Made by a program: the position numbers and the translations under genes. This document shows positions 18,187-27,319 of a DNA stretch of 57,974 nucleotides, piece after piece. Source of the DNA: Candidatus Shapirobacteria bacterium. GTDB taxonomy: Bacteria > Patescibacteriota > Microgenomatia > UBA12405. Numbering within the stretch: position 1 is the first letter of the stretch; every line of letters starts with the position of its first letter. The DNA is taken from NCBI GenBank assembly GCA_003250375.1, contig QKGR01000026.1, forward strand, positions 1-57,974, written 5' to 3'. The notes under the pieces are model-generated. The model saw only the letters and a program-made list of their open reading frames with translations, did not search any database and had not been told where the DNA came from.

Positions 18187-18438
18187 ATGTTGAGAGGTAG
18201 AGAAGTAACTATTGCGGATTTGACAGATTTTGAGTCGAAAGACAAAAAGCTAGCCAATCAGTTGATTCCTAAGTTTATTGATTTGCAGATAGCTAGAATT
18301 GGAAGTCAGGCAGATCCTGTTGCAGAAATGGCTGCTAAGTATAATATTCGTGAAGCTATAGGGATATTAATTCGAATTAATCCTAATTATCCTGTAAAAG
18401 AAGAATGGGCAAGTTATGTCCCGATCGTGGACAGATAG
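18187..18438 (+). CDS. hypothetical protein
   Basis: 83-aa ORF with a well-placed -10 box. No domain recognised. Confidence 0.4.
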   Translation: MLRGREVTIADLTDFESKDKKLANQLIPKFIDLQIARIGSQADPVAEMAAKYNIREAIGILIRINPNYPVKEEWASYVPIVDR

Positions 18439-18527
18439 TTTGCGGGGATAAAACGGGGAATGTGCGGTAATTAGGAGAGGGAACTTGGCAGAGCGGCTGG
18501 TTGTTTGCTAAATTTTGGGAAAATCGA

Positions 18528-18536
18528 TGATATAAT
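18528..18536 (+). promoter_or_regulatory. extended -10 box TGATATAAT, 7 nt before ATG 18544
   Basis: Read directly. Confidence 0.55.
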
Positions 18537-18543
18537 TTTTAGC

Positions 18544-20484
18544 ATGATAAAAGAAATGAATAAAAAATTGAAAGAGATGTTGGGAATTAAAAATAATAAA
18601 AAAGTAGCTAAGAAAGAAGAAAATGAGATGGGTTTGCCAAAAGAGGTGATGGATAAATTGCCAAAAGATGTGAAGATTAAGAAAATTACAATTGACAGCT
18701 CGACGATTTTGAGAACAGCTTTGTACGGAGTACTGTTGATTTGGTTGTTTGCAGCGGTAAGAGGGGCAGTGGTGGGAGAAAATGTGAGCCATGTACCTAT
18801 TTCGGAGATTGTGAGCCAAGTTAAGGATGGGAAAGTGGATGAATTGAAAGTAATTGATAATGAAATTGTGGCTAAATTAAAAGATAGCGACAAAGTACTG
18901 ACTTCTTCAAAAGAACAGAATATTTCGATGGCAGAAATTTTGCAAAGCGAGGGAGTGGATATTGCTAATGTGAAAGTAGTAGTAGAGAACAGAGAAATGT
19001 GGAAGATGTTTTTGAGTGCAATTGGAATGTTTTTGACGGTAGGATTGCCAATACTGGTACTAATTTGGTTGTTTAGAAAAATGGGAAGCGGGGCAGGAAA
19101 TGGGGGAATGTTTGGATTTGGAAAATCGCCAGCTAAATTGTTCGTGAAAGGTAAACAAAAAACAACTTTTAAGGATGTGGCAGGAGTGGAAGAGGCTAAA
19201 AAAGATTTGGAAGAAGTAGTAGACTTTTTGAAATTTCCTGAGAAATACATGAAAATGGGAGCCAGAGCACCAAAAGGAGTGTTGCTGGTAGGACCAGCTG
19301 GGGTGGGTAAGACTTTGTTGGCGAAGGCAGTGGCAGGAGAGGCAAATGTGTCCTTTTTCTCGATGGCAGGATCGGAATTTATGGAAATGTTGGTGGGTGT
19401 GGGTGCGGCTAGAGTAAGAGATTTGTTTGGAACAGCGAAAAAAGCCGGAAAGGCAATTATCTTTATTGATGAAATTGATGCGATTGGAAGAATGAGGGGT
19501 GGACTGGATGGCGGCCATGGGGAAAGAGAACAGACTTTGAATCAGATTTTGGTAGAAATGGATGGATTTGAGGCTAATACAGCAGTAGTAGTGTTGGCAG
19601 CAACCAACCGGGGAGACTTGTTGGACCCAGCTTTGATGAGACCAGGAAGATTTGATAGAAGAGTGGTACTGGAAATGCCTGATTTGGAGGCAAGATTGGA
19701 AATGCTAAAGATACATTCCAAAGGAAAACCAATGGATACTGATGTTGATTGGGAAGCGGTAGCTAGAAGAACGGTGGGATTTTCGGGAGCTGATATTGAA
19801 AATATGTTGAATGAGGCGGCAATCGGAGCAGCAAGAGAAAATAAAAAGAAAATTAATATGGAAGAAATTGAAGAGGCAGCTTTGAAAGTCAAGCTGGGGG
19901 CGGCTAAGAAGAGAACCCAAACTGAGGAAGATAAACTGATGACGGCTTACCATGAGGCGGGACACGCAATTGTGAACTATGTGGAAGGACTTGATCCGGT
20001 GCATAGAATTTCGATTGTCTCAAGAGGAATGGCGCTAGGATTCACTTTGGTGCCGCCAAAGAGAGACGAAGTGCACCAGACTAAATCGAATTTAATTAAG
20101 AGAATGGCGATGGCGATGGGTGGAAGAGCGGCGGAAGAGATTGTGTTTGGGGATATTACTACCGGGGCAGCTTCGGATATTTCTCATGTGACTAATATTG
20201 CTAGAAATATGGTGACTGAATGGGGAATGTCGGAATTGGGGCCGGTGAACTGGGGAGCCCAGATTGATATTAATGACTTTGGTAAGGCTTATATGGAGCC
20301 GTCGAAGGTGTCGGATGGGATGCTTGAAAAAGTTGACGAGGAAATTAAAAAATTGGTGAATACGGCTCAAGAAAGAGCTGTTGAAATTCTGAAAGCCAAT
20401 AGAGAAAAGATGGAGAAGATTGCCAAACTTCTGGTGGAAAAAGAAACTTTGGATGATAAAGAATTTGCGAAGATGATGGAGTGA
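18544..20484 (+). CDS. ftsH: ATP-dependent zinc metalloprotease FtsH
   Basis: Walker A GPAGVGKTLLAKA, Walker B IIFIDEIDA, and HEAGHA zinc site. The start was moved from the track TTG 18505 to the in-frame ATG 18544. Confidence 0.95.
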   Translation: MIKEMNKKLKEMLGIKNNKKVAKKEENEMGLPKEVMDKLPKDVKIKKITIDSSTILRTALYGVLLIWLFAAVRGAVVGENVSHVPISEIVSQVKDGKVDELKVIDNEIVAKLKDSDKVLTSSKEQNISMAEILQSEGVDIANVKVVVENREMWKMFLSAIGMFLTVGLPILVLIWLFRKMGSGAGNGGMFGFGKSPAKLFVKGKQKTTFKDVAGVEEAKKDLEEVVDFLKFPEKYMKMGARAPKGVLLVGPAGVGKTLLAKAVAGEANVSFFSMAGSEFMEMLVGVGAARVRDLFGTAKKAGKAIIFIDEIDAIGRMRGGLDGGHGEREQTLNQILVEMDGFEANTAVVVLAATNRGDLLDPALMRPGRFDRRVVLEMPDLEARLEMLKIHSKGKPMDTDVDWEAVARRTVGFSGADIENMLNEAAIGAARENKKKINMEEIEEAALKVKLGAAKKRTQTEEDKLMTAYHEAGHAIVNYVEGLDPVHRISIVSRGMALGFTLVPPKRDEVHQTKSNLIKRMAMAMGGRAAEEIVFGDITTGAASDISHVTNIARNMVTEWGMSELGPVNWGAQIDINDFGKAYMEPSKVSDGMLEKVDEEIKKLVNTAQERAVEILKANREKMEKIAKLLVEKETLDDKEFAKMME

Positions 20485-20490
20485 GATATA

Positions 20491-20662
20491 AGACATGATT
20501 CAAGAAGCATGATGCATGATTCATGAAGAAGACAGAAGACATGATTCAAGAAGCATGATGCATGATTCATGAAGAAGACAGAAGACATGATTCAAGAAGC
20601 ATGATGCATGATTCATGAAGAAGACAGAAGACGTGATTCAAGAAGCATGATACATGAGACAG
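20491..20662. repeat. tandem repeat, 46-bp unit x ~3.7 (AGACATGATTCAAGAAGCATGATGCATGATTCATGAAGAAGACAGA)
   Basis: Unit starts at 20491, 20537, 20583 and 20629. Lies between convergent ftsH and the four-helix-bundle gene. Confidence 0.9.
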
Positions 20663-20665
20663 GAT

Positions 20666-21043
20666 TTATGGTAAGAAAGTTTTGGTTTTTTTGATGAGAC
20701 CTTGGAGTAGTTGATGGGTTGTTTGCAGTTGGTTGTAAATTTGTTGGTAATCAGTTTGATTTATGTAATTAAGATCTTTACTTATTATTAATTGGTTTTT
20801 GACTTCTGTTAATGAGCCATGGGCTTGGTAATAGAATTGAATCTTTTCTTTGATTGAATGTCTACCAAAACCTTCTGCAATATTTGAAGTAATTGAAACA
20901 ACCGCTCTTCTTATTTGATCTGATAAAGCATATATTTCTTCTCGAGGAAACTTTATTTTGTAAACCATAAGAACCAACTTGTGTCCTTCTTTCCAGGTAT
21001 TTAGATCAGTAAATTCTTTTATTGTCGTATTATCTTGAATCAT
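20666..21043 (-). CDS. four-helix-bundle protein (23S rRNA intervening-sequence protein / Avd family)
   Basis: FTDLNTWKEGHKL..EEIYALSDQIRRAVVSITSNIAEGFGR..GSLTEVKNQL is the family signature. The track start at 21064 adds MIHDSRN, which is encoded by GATTCATGA-type repeat sequence. Confidence 0.8.
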   Translation of the reverse strand: MIQDNTTIKEFTDLNTWKEGHKLVLMVYKIKFPREEIYALSDQIRRAVVSITSNIAEGFGRHSIKEKIQFYYQAHGSLTEVKNQLIISKDLNYINQTDYQQIYNQLQTTHQLLQGLIKKTKTFLP

Positions 21044-21067
21044 GTTTCGTGAGTCATGAATCAATAT

Positions 21068-22789
21068 TTACGTTTGTTCTTCCAAATTGATAATCCTTTG
21101 GAGAATGGCGAGGGAGCAGAGATATACGGGTTCAATGCCGTCGAGGGTGAGGTTCTTGACACCTAAATTCTTGGCTTTGGAATAGGGAGTGTCGGAAGTG
21201 TAGTTGAGAATGCCGACATCGAAGGGGGCGTTGTTGAGATCGATAATAGTGTTTTTGGGAGTTTGCTGGTCGTAGGAGGCTTCGGTGATGGCGTTGAGAT
21301 AGGGACCGGACTCCATTTCGATGACGGTGAGATTGTTTTTGGAGTAAGTTTCGAGAAGAGCTTCATTTTCCAGAAAGGTGCCAAGAACAGAAACGGCTTT
21401 TTGATTGGTAAGAATTGAGCCTTGATTGTTGACGAAGGGAAAGAAGGAATTGAAACAATTTTTGAAAATATAGGAGTTTTGGGTGTGCTCGTCGAAGACA
21501 AGGCGGTGGACTTGAATGTCGCCAATTTCGCCATTGAGGACGGCAGCTTTGCCCATGACATAGACACCTTTGATTTTGTAGGCGTTGGCTAAAGTTTCGG
21601 AAAGAATGTGGTAGGCAGCAAAGCCGAGTGGGTAGTCGATGTTGAGAATGACAGAATTGGACTTTTGGAGAAGTTGGGGTTTGGAGACTTTGAGGCGGGG
21701 ATCGAGGGACTTTGAATTGATAAGAGAATTGAGAGGAATGATTTGGGTGTTGATGTCCAGATAGTGGGAGGAGGGGACATTGATGATGCCAAGAGATTGA
21801 AGATAGAGGTCGAATTGTTGCTGATGTTCGGTTTCTTTGAAATAGAATTTGGAGGCAAAATAGAGAAAATCGTTGGGATTTAGGAGAGAATCTTTGGATT
21901 CGATAGTTTTCCAAATAGAATAAAGCTCGGGGAAGTTGGATTTGATGTATTGGAGGATTTTGGTTTGATGTTTGAGAACAAAGCCTGAAGTGAGATTGAT
22001 AAGAGAGTGGGTGTTGCTGGAGACGAAATAGATAGTGGGGGTGGAGAGGTGGATTTTGTGGGGATTGGAGGGAGAATTGACATAAGCAAGAGAGATGTTT
22101 TTCCACCATTTTTGGGTGGCTTTGGTGTAGTCGATCCAGGAACCAGCTAGAAGTTGGAGACGAAGATTGATTTTTGATTTGTAGATGTGGCGAAGACGAA
22201 GTTTCCAATTTTTACCAAGAGCAATAGTGAAGGCATTGAAATCGTTGAGGGTGACATTGAAGCGCTTGAGAAATTCGGTAGGATCGGTAGGATTTGAGGG
22301 ACCGCCGGGACCATAGAATGATTTTTTGAGGGCTTGATAGGTGGGAAAATTACTACGAAGGAGGGAATGAAGTTTGTTCCATTCGGTTTGGTAGGCGATG
22401 AGGAGATTGGTGATGTCGTCGACATCGGAGATGGAGGCGGCAAACATGGCTAAAAGATGCTTGGATTGATTGAAATGCATGGAGCGACGACGGCCGGGGG
22501 CAGTGACTTTGGGCCAGGATTCGACGTCGGCGAAGCCACTTTGGGAGAAAATGTCGGTGATTTGGCCGACGACGACTTTTTCGACTTTATCGATGCAGGT
22601 GGGAAGACGGAGAAGGGAATAGACAAAGGCGGCGGTGTCGATTTGGAAGTTGTCCTGAGCGTAGGGATGGAGGATGGGCTCCATTTTGAGATGGGAGTTG
22701 GAGAGGGAGTTGATGGTGACCTCGAGAGTGGATTTGAGGGCAGAGCGGTAGGAACGGACGTGGAGATCGATATCTTGGACAGTTGACAT
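21068..22789 (-). CDS. uncharacterised protein with C-terminal nucleoside-phosphorylase (PNP_UDP_1 / AMP-nucleosidase-like) fold
   Basis: 573 aa. The C-terminal ~200 aa follow the PNP pattern: ILNIDYPLG.., VYVMGKAAVLNGEIGD, VIEMESGPY, NYTSDTP (compare Amn: IGHCGGL..GD, IDMESA, VSDKP). The N-terminal ~370 aa are unrecognised. Confidence 0.5.
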   Translation of the reverse strand: MSTVQDIDLHVRSYRSALKSTLEVTINSLSNSHLKMEPILHPYAQDNFQIDTAAFVYSLLRLPTCIDKVEKVVVGQITDIFSQSGFADVESWPKVTAPGRRRSMHFNQSKHLLAMFAASISDVDDITNLLIAYQTEWNKLHSLLRSNFPTYQALKKSFYGPGGPSNPTDPTEFLKRFNVTLNDFNAFTIALGKNWKLRLRHIYKSKINLRLQLLAGSWIDYTKATQKWWKNISLAYVNSPSNPHKIHLSTPTIYFVSSNTHSLINLTSGFVLKHQTKILQYIKSNFPELYSIWKTIESKDSLLNPNDFLYFASKFYFKETEHQQQFDLYLQSLGIINVPSSHYLDINTQIIPLNSLINSKSLDPRLKVSKPQLLQKSNSVILNIDYPLGFAAYHILSETLANAYKIKGVYVMGKAAVLNGEIGDIQVHRLVFDEHTQNSYIFKNCFNSFFPFVNNQGSILTNQKAVSVLGTFLENEALLETYSKNNLTVIEMESGPYLNAITEASYDQQTPKNTIIDLNNAPFDVGILNYTSDTPYSKAKNLGVKNLTLDGIEPVYLCSLAILQRIINLEEQT

Positions 22790-22925
22790 GAATACATGAT
22801 ACAGGAAATGGGGTGAGAGAGAGTAGAGCTGATGGCTAGGTTTGTAGGTAGGGCAAAAACTGGGTATTGAGTCCTATAATGTAAGTAGTATAATAATGGA
22901 AATTAAAATAGTGTATATTTATAGT

Positions 22926-24770
22926 ATGAGTGAAAAAGCAAGAAATAATGATGGTCAAAGAACTCTTATTCCTCAAGATATGGAGGCAGAAAAAAAGAGG
23001 TGGGAGGCGATAAAAATGAAGATTGACCATGCGGTTGCGTTTGGGAATAGTGAACCAGGAGTTTCGCGTGTTTCTAAAGGAGGTTCCTCATCTGGAATAC
23101 TCGGTGGTGGTGGTTATGATAATGTGTCGGAGAGCTATAGCGGAAGAAGGCTCGATGAGAATACTAGGTATACATATATTCCGGAAAGAAAACATGAAGG
23201 TTTGGATGATAAGTTTTTGAAAAATAATGGTTTGAGTGGAGTTGAAGCTCCTGAAGAAAATGCCGGCTGGAAACCTAATACTACTAACCAGAGATATGAA
23301 GGACCTTCTGAAGAATTTTGGAAGAAAGTCCAAGGATATCATGAGAGTGGAAATGATAGAGTAATCAAATTGATATCTCGAGACGGAGTGGAAGAGAATG
23401 CTTATCTTGAAGATGTTCTTGAGCAATGGTTGGAATTAGACGATGAGGTAAATGAGATTCCTAATCGAAAAAGTGCTAGTTCTGATGAAGAATGGAAAGA
23501 AAGAGAGGCTAAGAGGACTCGAAGAAATGAATTAGCTAGAAAAATGGACAGAGGTATGGGTATTGGTAGAGATGAAGGGGATGAGATTCGAGATGATTTT
23601 AGAATGAAAAAGAGAGAAGAGGAATTTAAGGAGAATCACCCCGAGCCTGTAGTTGAAGAAGACACAAGTGTTGCATCGACTGCTGAGCTTAGCGGAACTG
23701 TGACTGAAGAAAGTGCAGATGTGGCTGCTGTAGATGAGAGAATTGGTGAATATTTACGATTGGCGAGATTGCGTCATGCTGATAGACAAGAAGGTGAAGA
23801 TGAAAGAATGCAGGAATTAATGAGTGAATTAAGAGAAGAGTATGGTGATGAATTAGAGGGTAAGATGAGGGAATATATTAGATCTAAATCTGAGTCTAAT
23901 CAAGTTAGTGAAAGGGAAGAAAAAAGTCCAGTCGTTAATGTGGGATCTTTTGAAAATGATCTTGAAGAAGGTCCAGAGGTTGGACCTGTAGGTGTTGAAG
24001 ATAAAGATATAGATATGGATGAAGGTCCAGATGTTGGTGTGGTTGGTGTTGAAAATAATGATGCGGGCATGGATGATGGTCCGGAGGTTGAAGTATTGCC
24101 TGTTGATGAGGACTTAGGTGAAGAAGGTCCTGATGTGGGTAATAATCTTTTTGATGATTTTAGATTAGGTAGAAATGAACCAGTTCAGGTTGAAAATAAT
24201 CAAGTTGAGATTGATAATAATCTTGGAAACAATGAAAATGAAAGAAGAGGACTTTTTGGATGGTTTGATAGGTTAAGGGATAGGCTTCGTGGAAGAGGTG
24301 ACACTGAAGAGAATAGAAATACAGTTGGAAGGGTGGTTGATCGAATTAGACAGAATGCTAGAGGGGCAATGGAGAGGTTCAGAGAAGCTTGGACGGGATT
24401 TTGGTCGCCTAGGAGAGAAGTTGTTGATGAGGGTAGATTGATAAATGCGATGATGAGCGGAGTAAAATCTATCGAAGATGAGAATGGTAATCCGATTATT
24501 GAAGATTATGATGAGGCTGATAGGGATTTGATTTCTAGTAAATTAAGTGAAAGTAAAAATGTATTGGGTGGTTTAAATAGAACTAGGGTTTTGGCTGATA
24601 GGCAGGTGCAGGAAGCGTTGCTTAGAATTGAAGAAAATGCACGTGTTTTGAGAGAGGTGATGGCAGAAATAGCTGAGCAACGTCCTGAGACAATAAACAA
24701 TTTACAAGCAGCTAGAAGAGCAGCTGATAATTTTAGAATGTCTAATAACAATAGAGGAGGAAGGCAATGA
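22926..24770 (+). CDS. hypothetical highly acidic protein with internal EGP(E/D)VG repeats
   Basis: ORF track 22896..24770. ATG 22896 sits 1 nt after TATAAT (22889-22894), so the in-frame ATG 22926 is preferred. No TM and no known domain. Confidence 0.5.
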   Translation: MSEKARNNDGQRTLIPQDMEAEKKRWEAIKMKIDHAVAFGNSEPGVSRVSKGGSSSGILGGGGYDNVSESYSGRRLDENTRYTYIPERKHEGLDDKFLKNNGLSGVEAPEENAGWKPNTTNQRYEGPSEEFWKKVQGYHESGNDRVIKLISRDGVEENAYLEDVLEQWLELDDEVNEIPNRKSASSDEEWKEREAKRTRRNELARKMDRGMGIGRDEGDEIRDDFRMKKREEEFKENHPEPVVEEDTSVASTAELSGTVTEESADVAAVDERIGEYLRLARLRHADRQEGEDERMQELMSELREEYGDELEGKMREYIRSKSESNQVSEREEKSPVVNVGSFENDLEEGPEVGPVGVEDKDIDMDEGPDVGVVGVENNDAGMDDGPEVEVLPVDEDLGEEGPDVGNNLFDDFRLGRNEPVQVENNQVEIDNNLGNNENERRGLFGWFDRLRDRLRGRGDTEENRNTVGRVVDRIRQNARGAMERFREAWTGFWSPRREVVDEGRLINAMMSGVKSIEDENGNPIIEDYDEADRDLISSKLSESKNVLGGLNRTRVLADRQVQEALLRIEENARVLREVMAEIAEQRPETINNLQAARRAADNFRMSNNNRGGRQ

Positions 24771-25042
24771 ATATAAATGATATTAGAAAAGTACTTGATG
24801 GCGCTAAGTTGTGTGCTGAAAACAGAAAGAAAGCAGAAAAAGTATTTGAAAGGATGAAAAGCGAGGGAGTGACGGATTTACTTAGAGGCCAGCTTGTACA
24901 AATAATTAATGATGAGTTGGAGATGAATAAAACAGAAGCTGCTTATTTTCGTGATTTGAGGACAACAATAGATAATATACTTGATGATGCAGAAAAACGC
25001 CTAAGAATGGCAGATGAAGAGATTGAGGAAGGAGAAAAATAA
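24767..25042 (+). CDS. hypothetical small helical protein
   Basis: 91 aa. ATGA start/stop overlap with the upstream gene suggests translational coupling. Confidence 0.5.
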   Translation: MNINDIRKVLDGAKLCAENRKKAEKVFERMKSEGVTDLLRGQLVQIINDELEMNKTEAAYFRDLRTTIDNILDDAEKRLRMADEEIEEGEK

Positions 25043-25044
25043 GG

Positions 25045-25050
25045 TATAAT
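25045..25050 (+). promoter_or_regulatory. -10 box TATAAT, 7 nt before ATG 25058
   Basis: Read directly. Confidence 0.45.
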
Positions 25051-25057
25051 ATAGCAC

Positions 25058-27247
25058 ATGACAGAGCACTTAAATCGAAGAGAAAGTGAGGCCGACAGGG
25101 CGATGGTTGGGAGGGTGATGAATAGGGTCCTTTTGATAAACAATAACAATCCCGATCATGATAAAAAAACAAGAATTGATCAAAGAAATCAACTAAACGC
25201 AGAATTTTTTAATGATGTGGCAAGTGGATTGAGTGGAAAGATTGAGACAAGAGAAATTAATGGAAACAACATACAAGGAGTCGTAGTGAAAGGTAGTTTG
25301 ATTGCAAACGTGCAAGGGTTGGATGGTTTTATACGAAATTCTTCTGTTGGCGTTGAAGATAGAGAAAAAGCAGCTAGAATTAGAGATAATTATGTGTGGG
25401 GAGCGATATATGCGACGGATGGTGATGTGAGGTTGAGGGATGTTATGGAGAGAGGTGGTGATCCCCGTGAAATTAGAGCACTGCTTGATAGTGGATGGGT
25501 GCTTAGAGGAGCTGAGGATTATGTGGCAGCTTATTACAATCAAAATAATCCCGTTGAGGTGAATGTAGATGAGGAGGAAGGGCCAAGTGTGGGGGGAAGA
25601 GGTGAGAGGCAGGAAAATACACAGGATAATAGACCGAACTTCAGAAATGCTGACTTGAGAGGTATCTATGCAGGTCTTGAGGAGCAAATTGGTGATAGTG
25701 ATTTTTGGAATGCAATGTCGAGAGAGCAGAGGGGGAAGGTGTTAGATGGCGCTGTGGAGAAGCTGGGTGATTTACGGGATACATTGGGCAGGTCTGAGGA
25801 ATTCAAACAATTAGCTAGATTTATTGCCGAGGCACGTAAGAGGTATGTGGAGACAAATACTGGTGATGGTGAGGGTGCTGTTGAGTTAGGTAATTATTCG
25901 GAACAGCTTAAATATGCAAGAGGATTATTGGACAGGATGGAGGTAACTGTGAGAACTACTAGAGATCCGTCTTATACCGGTCAATTAGCAGCGACTTTGG
26001 AGAGATTTTCTGAAACAGAAGGTGTTGACGAGAGAGTTAAGAGGGAAATTCACGCAAGAATCTGCTTGCATGATTGTTCTGTATTGATGAGAAAAGCTAA
26101 TGGTTATATTGAGAGAAATGAAAACGGTAGTGACCCTGAATGTCCCACTGTTGGCTATGCAGCGACTTTGGCTGCCGGAATGAATCATGATTTGGATACA
26201 GATGCGATTAATTTTTTAATTAAAGATGGCTCGAATGGTATTCCGGTTAGTTCTGCTTGGGATGCTTATCAATGGGTGAATTTGAACTATAGACAAGTTT
26301 TAGGTGAGATAGGAAGAATAGATAGACGCGATTATCTTGATAAGATCGAAATGATAATTGATAACGATCCGGACATGGGTAAGATCGACTCCAACTATGT
26401 CACTGATTCTTATTCTAGTCGCAAAGAGAGAGTTGATCAATTTATTATTGATCGTATTATGCATCAGACTAGAAGTAGTAAGAAAGATGCTGAAAAAGCT
26501 TGGAAATTGGCTAAGAACCTAGCTTTAGCTACTGGTGAAGATTCAGTCTTTTTTGTTTCCTTGGCTGGCAATGATGAGATGGCGGAAGCAATGTTTTTGA
26601 GAAAGTATAGAGAAGGTAGGGATGAATCCGGGAGACCAAGGGGGCCTCAAATTCATTTGAAAAAGATTCCTGGAATAGGAAATTCATGGTTACGTCGTGT
26701 TTCAGGAGTGCCACCTTATGGTCCTGATGGTTATATACCATTGAATGCAAAAGATATTGTTGTTGATCCAACTGGTAATAGTAAGAAACCGGGAATTGAG
26801 ACTGGTAGTTATGTGGCTCATTTTGCTGTTTGGTGGTCTGGGAAAATTCATCCTTTAAGACAATTATTATTAGACAGAGCTCCTGACCCAAAAAAGTATA
26901 CAAACTTAGATTTCTTTCAGAAAGCTATTGACTATTTTAATAAAGCTGACCCGAGTGGTGCGCTTCAATTGAGGAAATGGTGGATTGCTGGTGTGTGTGA
27001 TTTGGCGGTGTCTCAGGGTCAATTGGGATGGACCCAGACTGATTTATCTAGGTTTGAACAATTTGCTACAAAAGAAATTTTGTCTGATAATATAAAATTT
27101 TTAGCAAAGGGTGGAGTGTTCTTAAATCCAAAGACTTGGGGTGAACTTGAAGAACAGTATAAATTTACTAAAAGAATGGCGACTATGGAGCTTAAACGTC
27201 TTGGGTCCACTATTGTGGCCGGTTTTACTGGTGGTGCAAGTAGGTAG
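25058..27247 (+). CDS. hypothetical 729-aa soluble protein, no recognisable domain
   Basis: Long uninterrupted ORF. No Walker motifs, no TM and no signal peptide seen. Confidence 0.6.
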   Translation: MTEHLNRRESEADRAMVGRVMNRVLLINNNNPDHDKKTRIDQRNQLNAEFFNDVASGLSGKIETREINGNNIQGVVVKGSLIANVQGLDGFIRNSSVGVEDREKAARIRDNYVWGAIYATDGDVRLRDVMERGGDPREIRALLDSGWVLRGAEDYVAAYYNQNNPVEVNVDEEEGPSVGGRGERQENTQDNRPNFRNADLRGIYAGLEEQIGDSDFWNAMSREQRGKVLDGAVEKLGDLRDTLGRSEEFKQLARFIAEARKRYVETNTGDGEGAVELGNYSEQLKYARGLLDRMEVTVRTTRDPSYTGQLAATLERFSETEGVDERVKREIHARICLHDCSVLMRKANGYIERNENGSDPECPTVGYAATLAAGMNHDLDTDAINFLIKDGSNGIPVSSAWDAYQWVNLNYRQVLGEIGRIDRRDYLDKIEMIIDNDPDMGKIDSNYVTDSYSSRKERVDQFIIDRIMHQTRSSKKDAEKAWKLAKNLALATGEDSVFFVSLAGNDEMAEAMFLRKYREGRDESGRPRGPQIHLKKIPGIGNSWLRRVSGVPPYGPDGYIPLNAKDIVVDPTGNSKKPGIETGSYVAHFAVWWSGKIHPLRQLLLDRAPDPKKYTNLDFFQKAIDYFNKADPSGALQLRKWWIAGVCDLAVSQGQLGWTQTDLSRFEQFATKEILSDNIKFLAKGGVFLNPKTWGELEEQYKFTKRMATMELKRLGSTIVAGFTGGASR

Positions 27248-27319
27248 ATCAAACAATAGCACTTAAAGTAATTTTGCTGATTAGATACGGAAATAAATGT
27301 GAACAAATGTGTAAGCGTC

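Noticed and set aside
20491-20662. Possible CRISPR array
   Set aside because: The 46-bp units are directly tandem with no unique spacers. There are no cas genes in the window.
20666-21043. Diversity-generating retroelement (the Avd-family four-helix-bundle gene plus near-identical 189-nt repeats at 55487/57512 acting as TR/VR)
   Set aside because: No reverse transcriptase ORF occurs anywhere in the window. The differences between the two 189-nt copies are mixed transitions and transversions, mostly synonymous, and are not adenine-specific.
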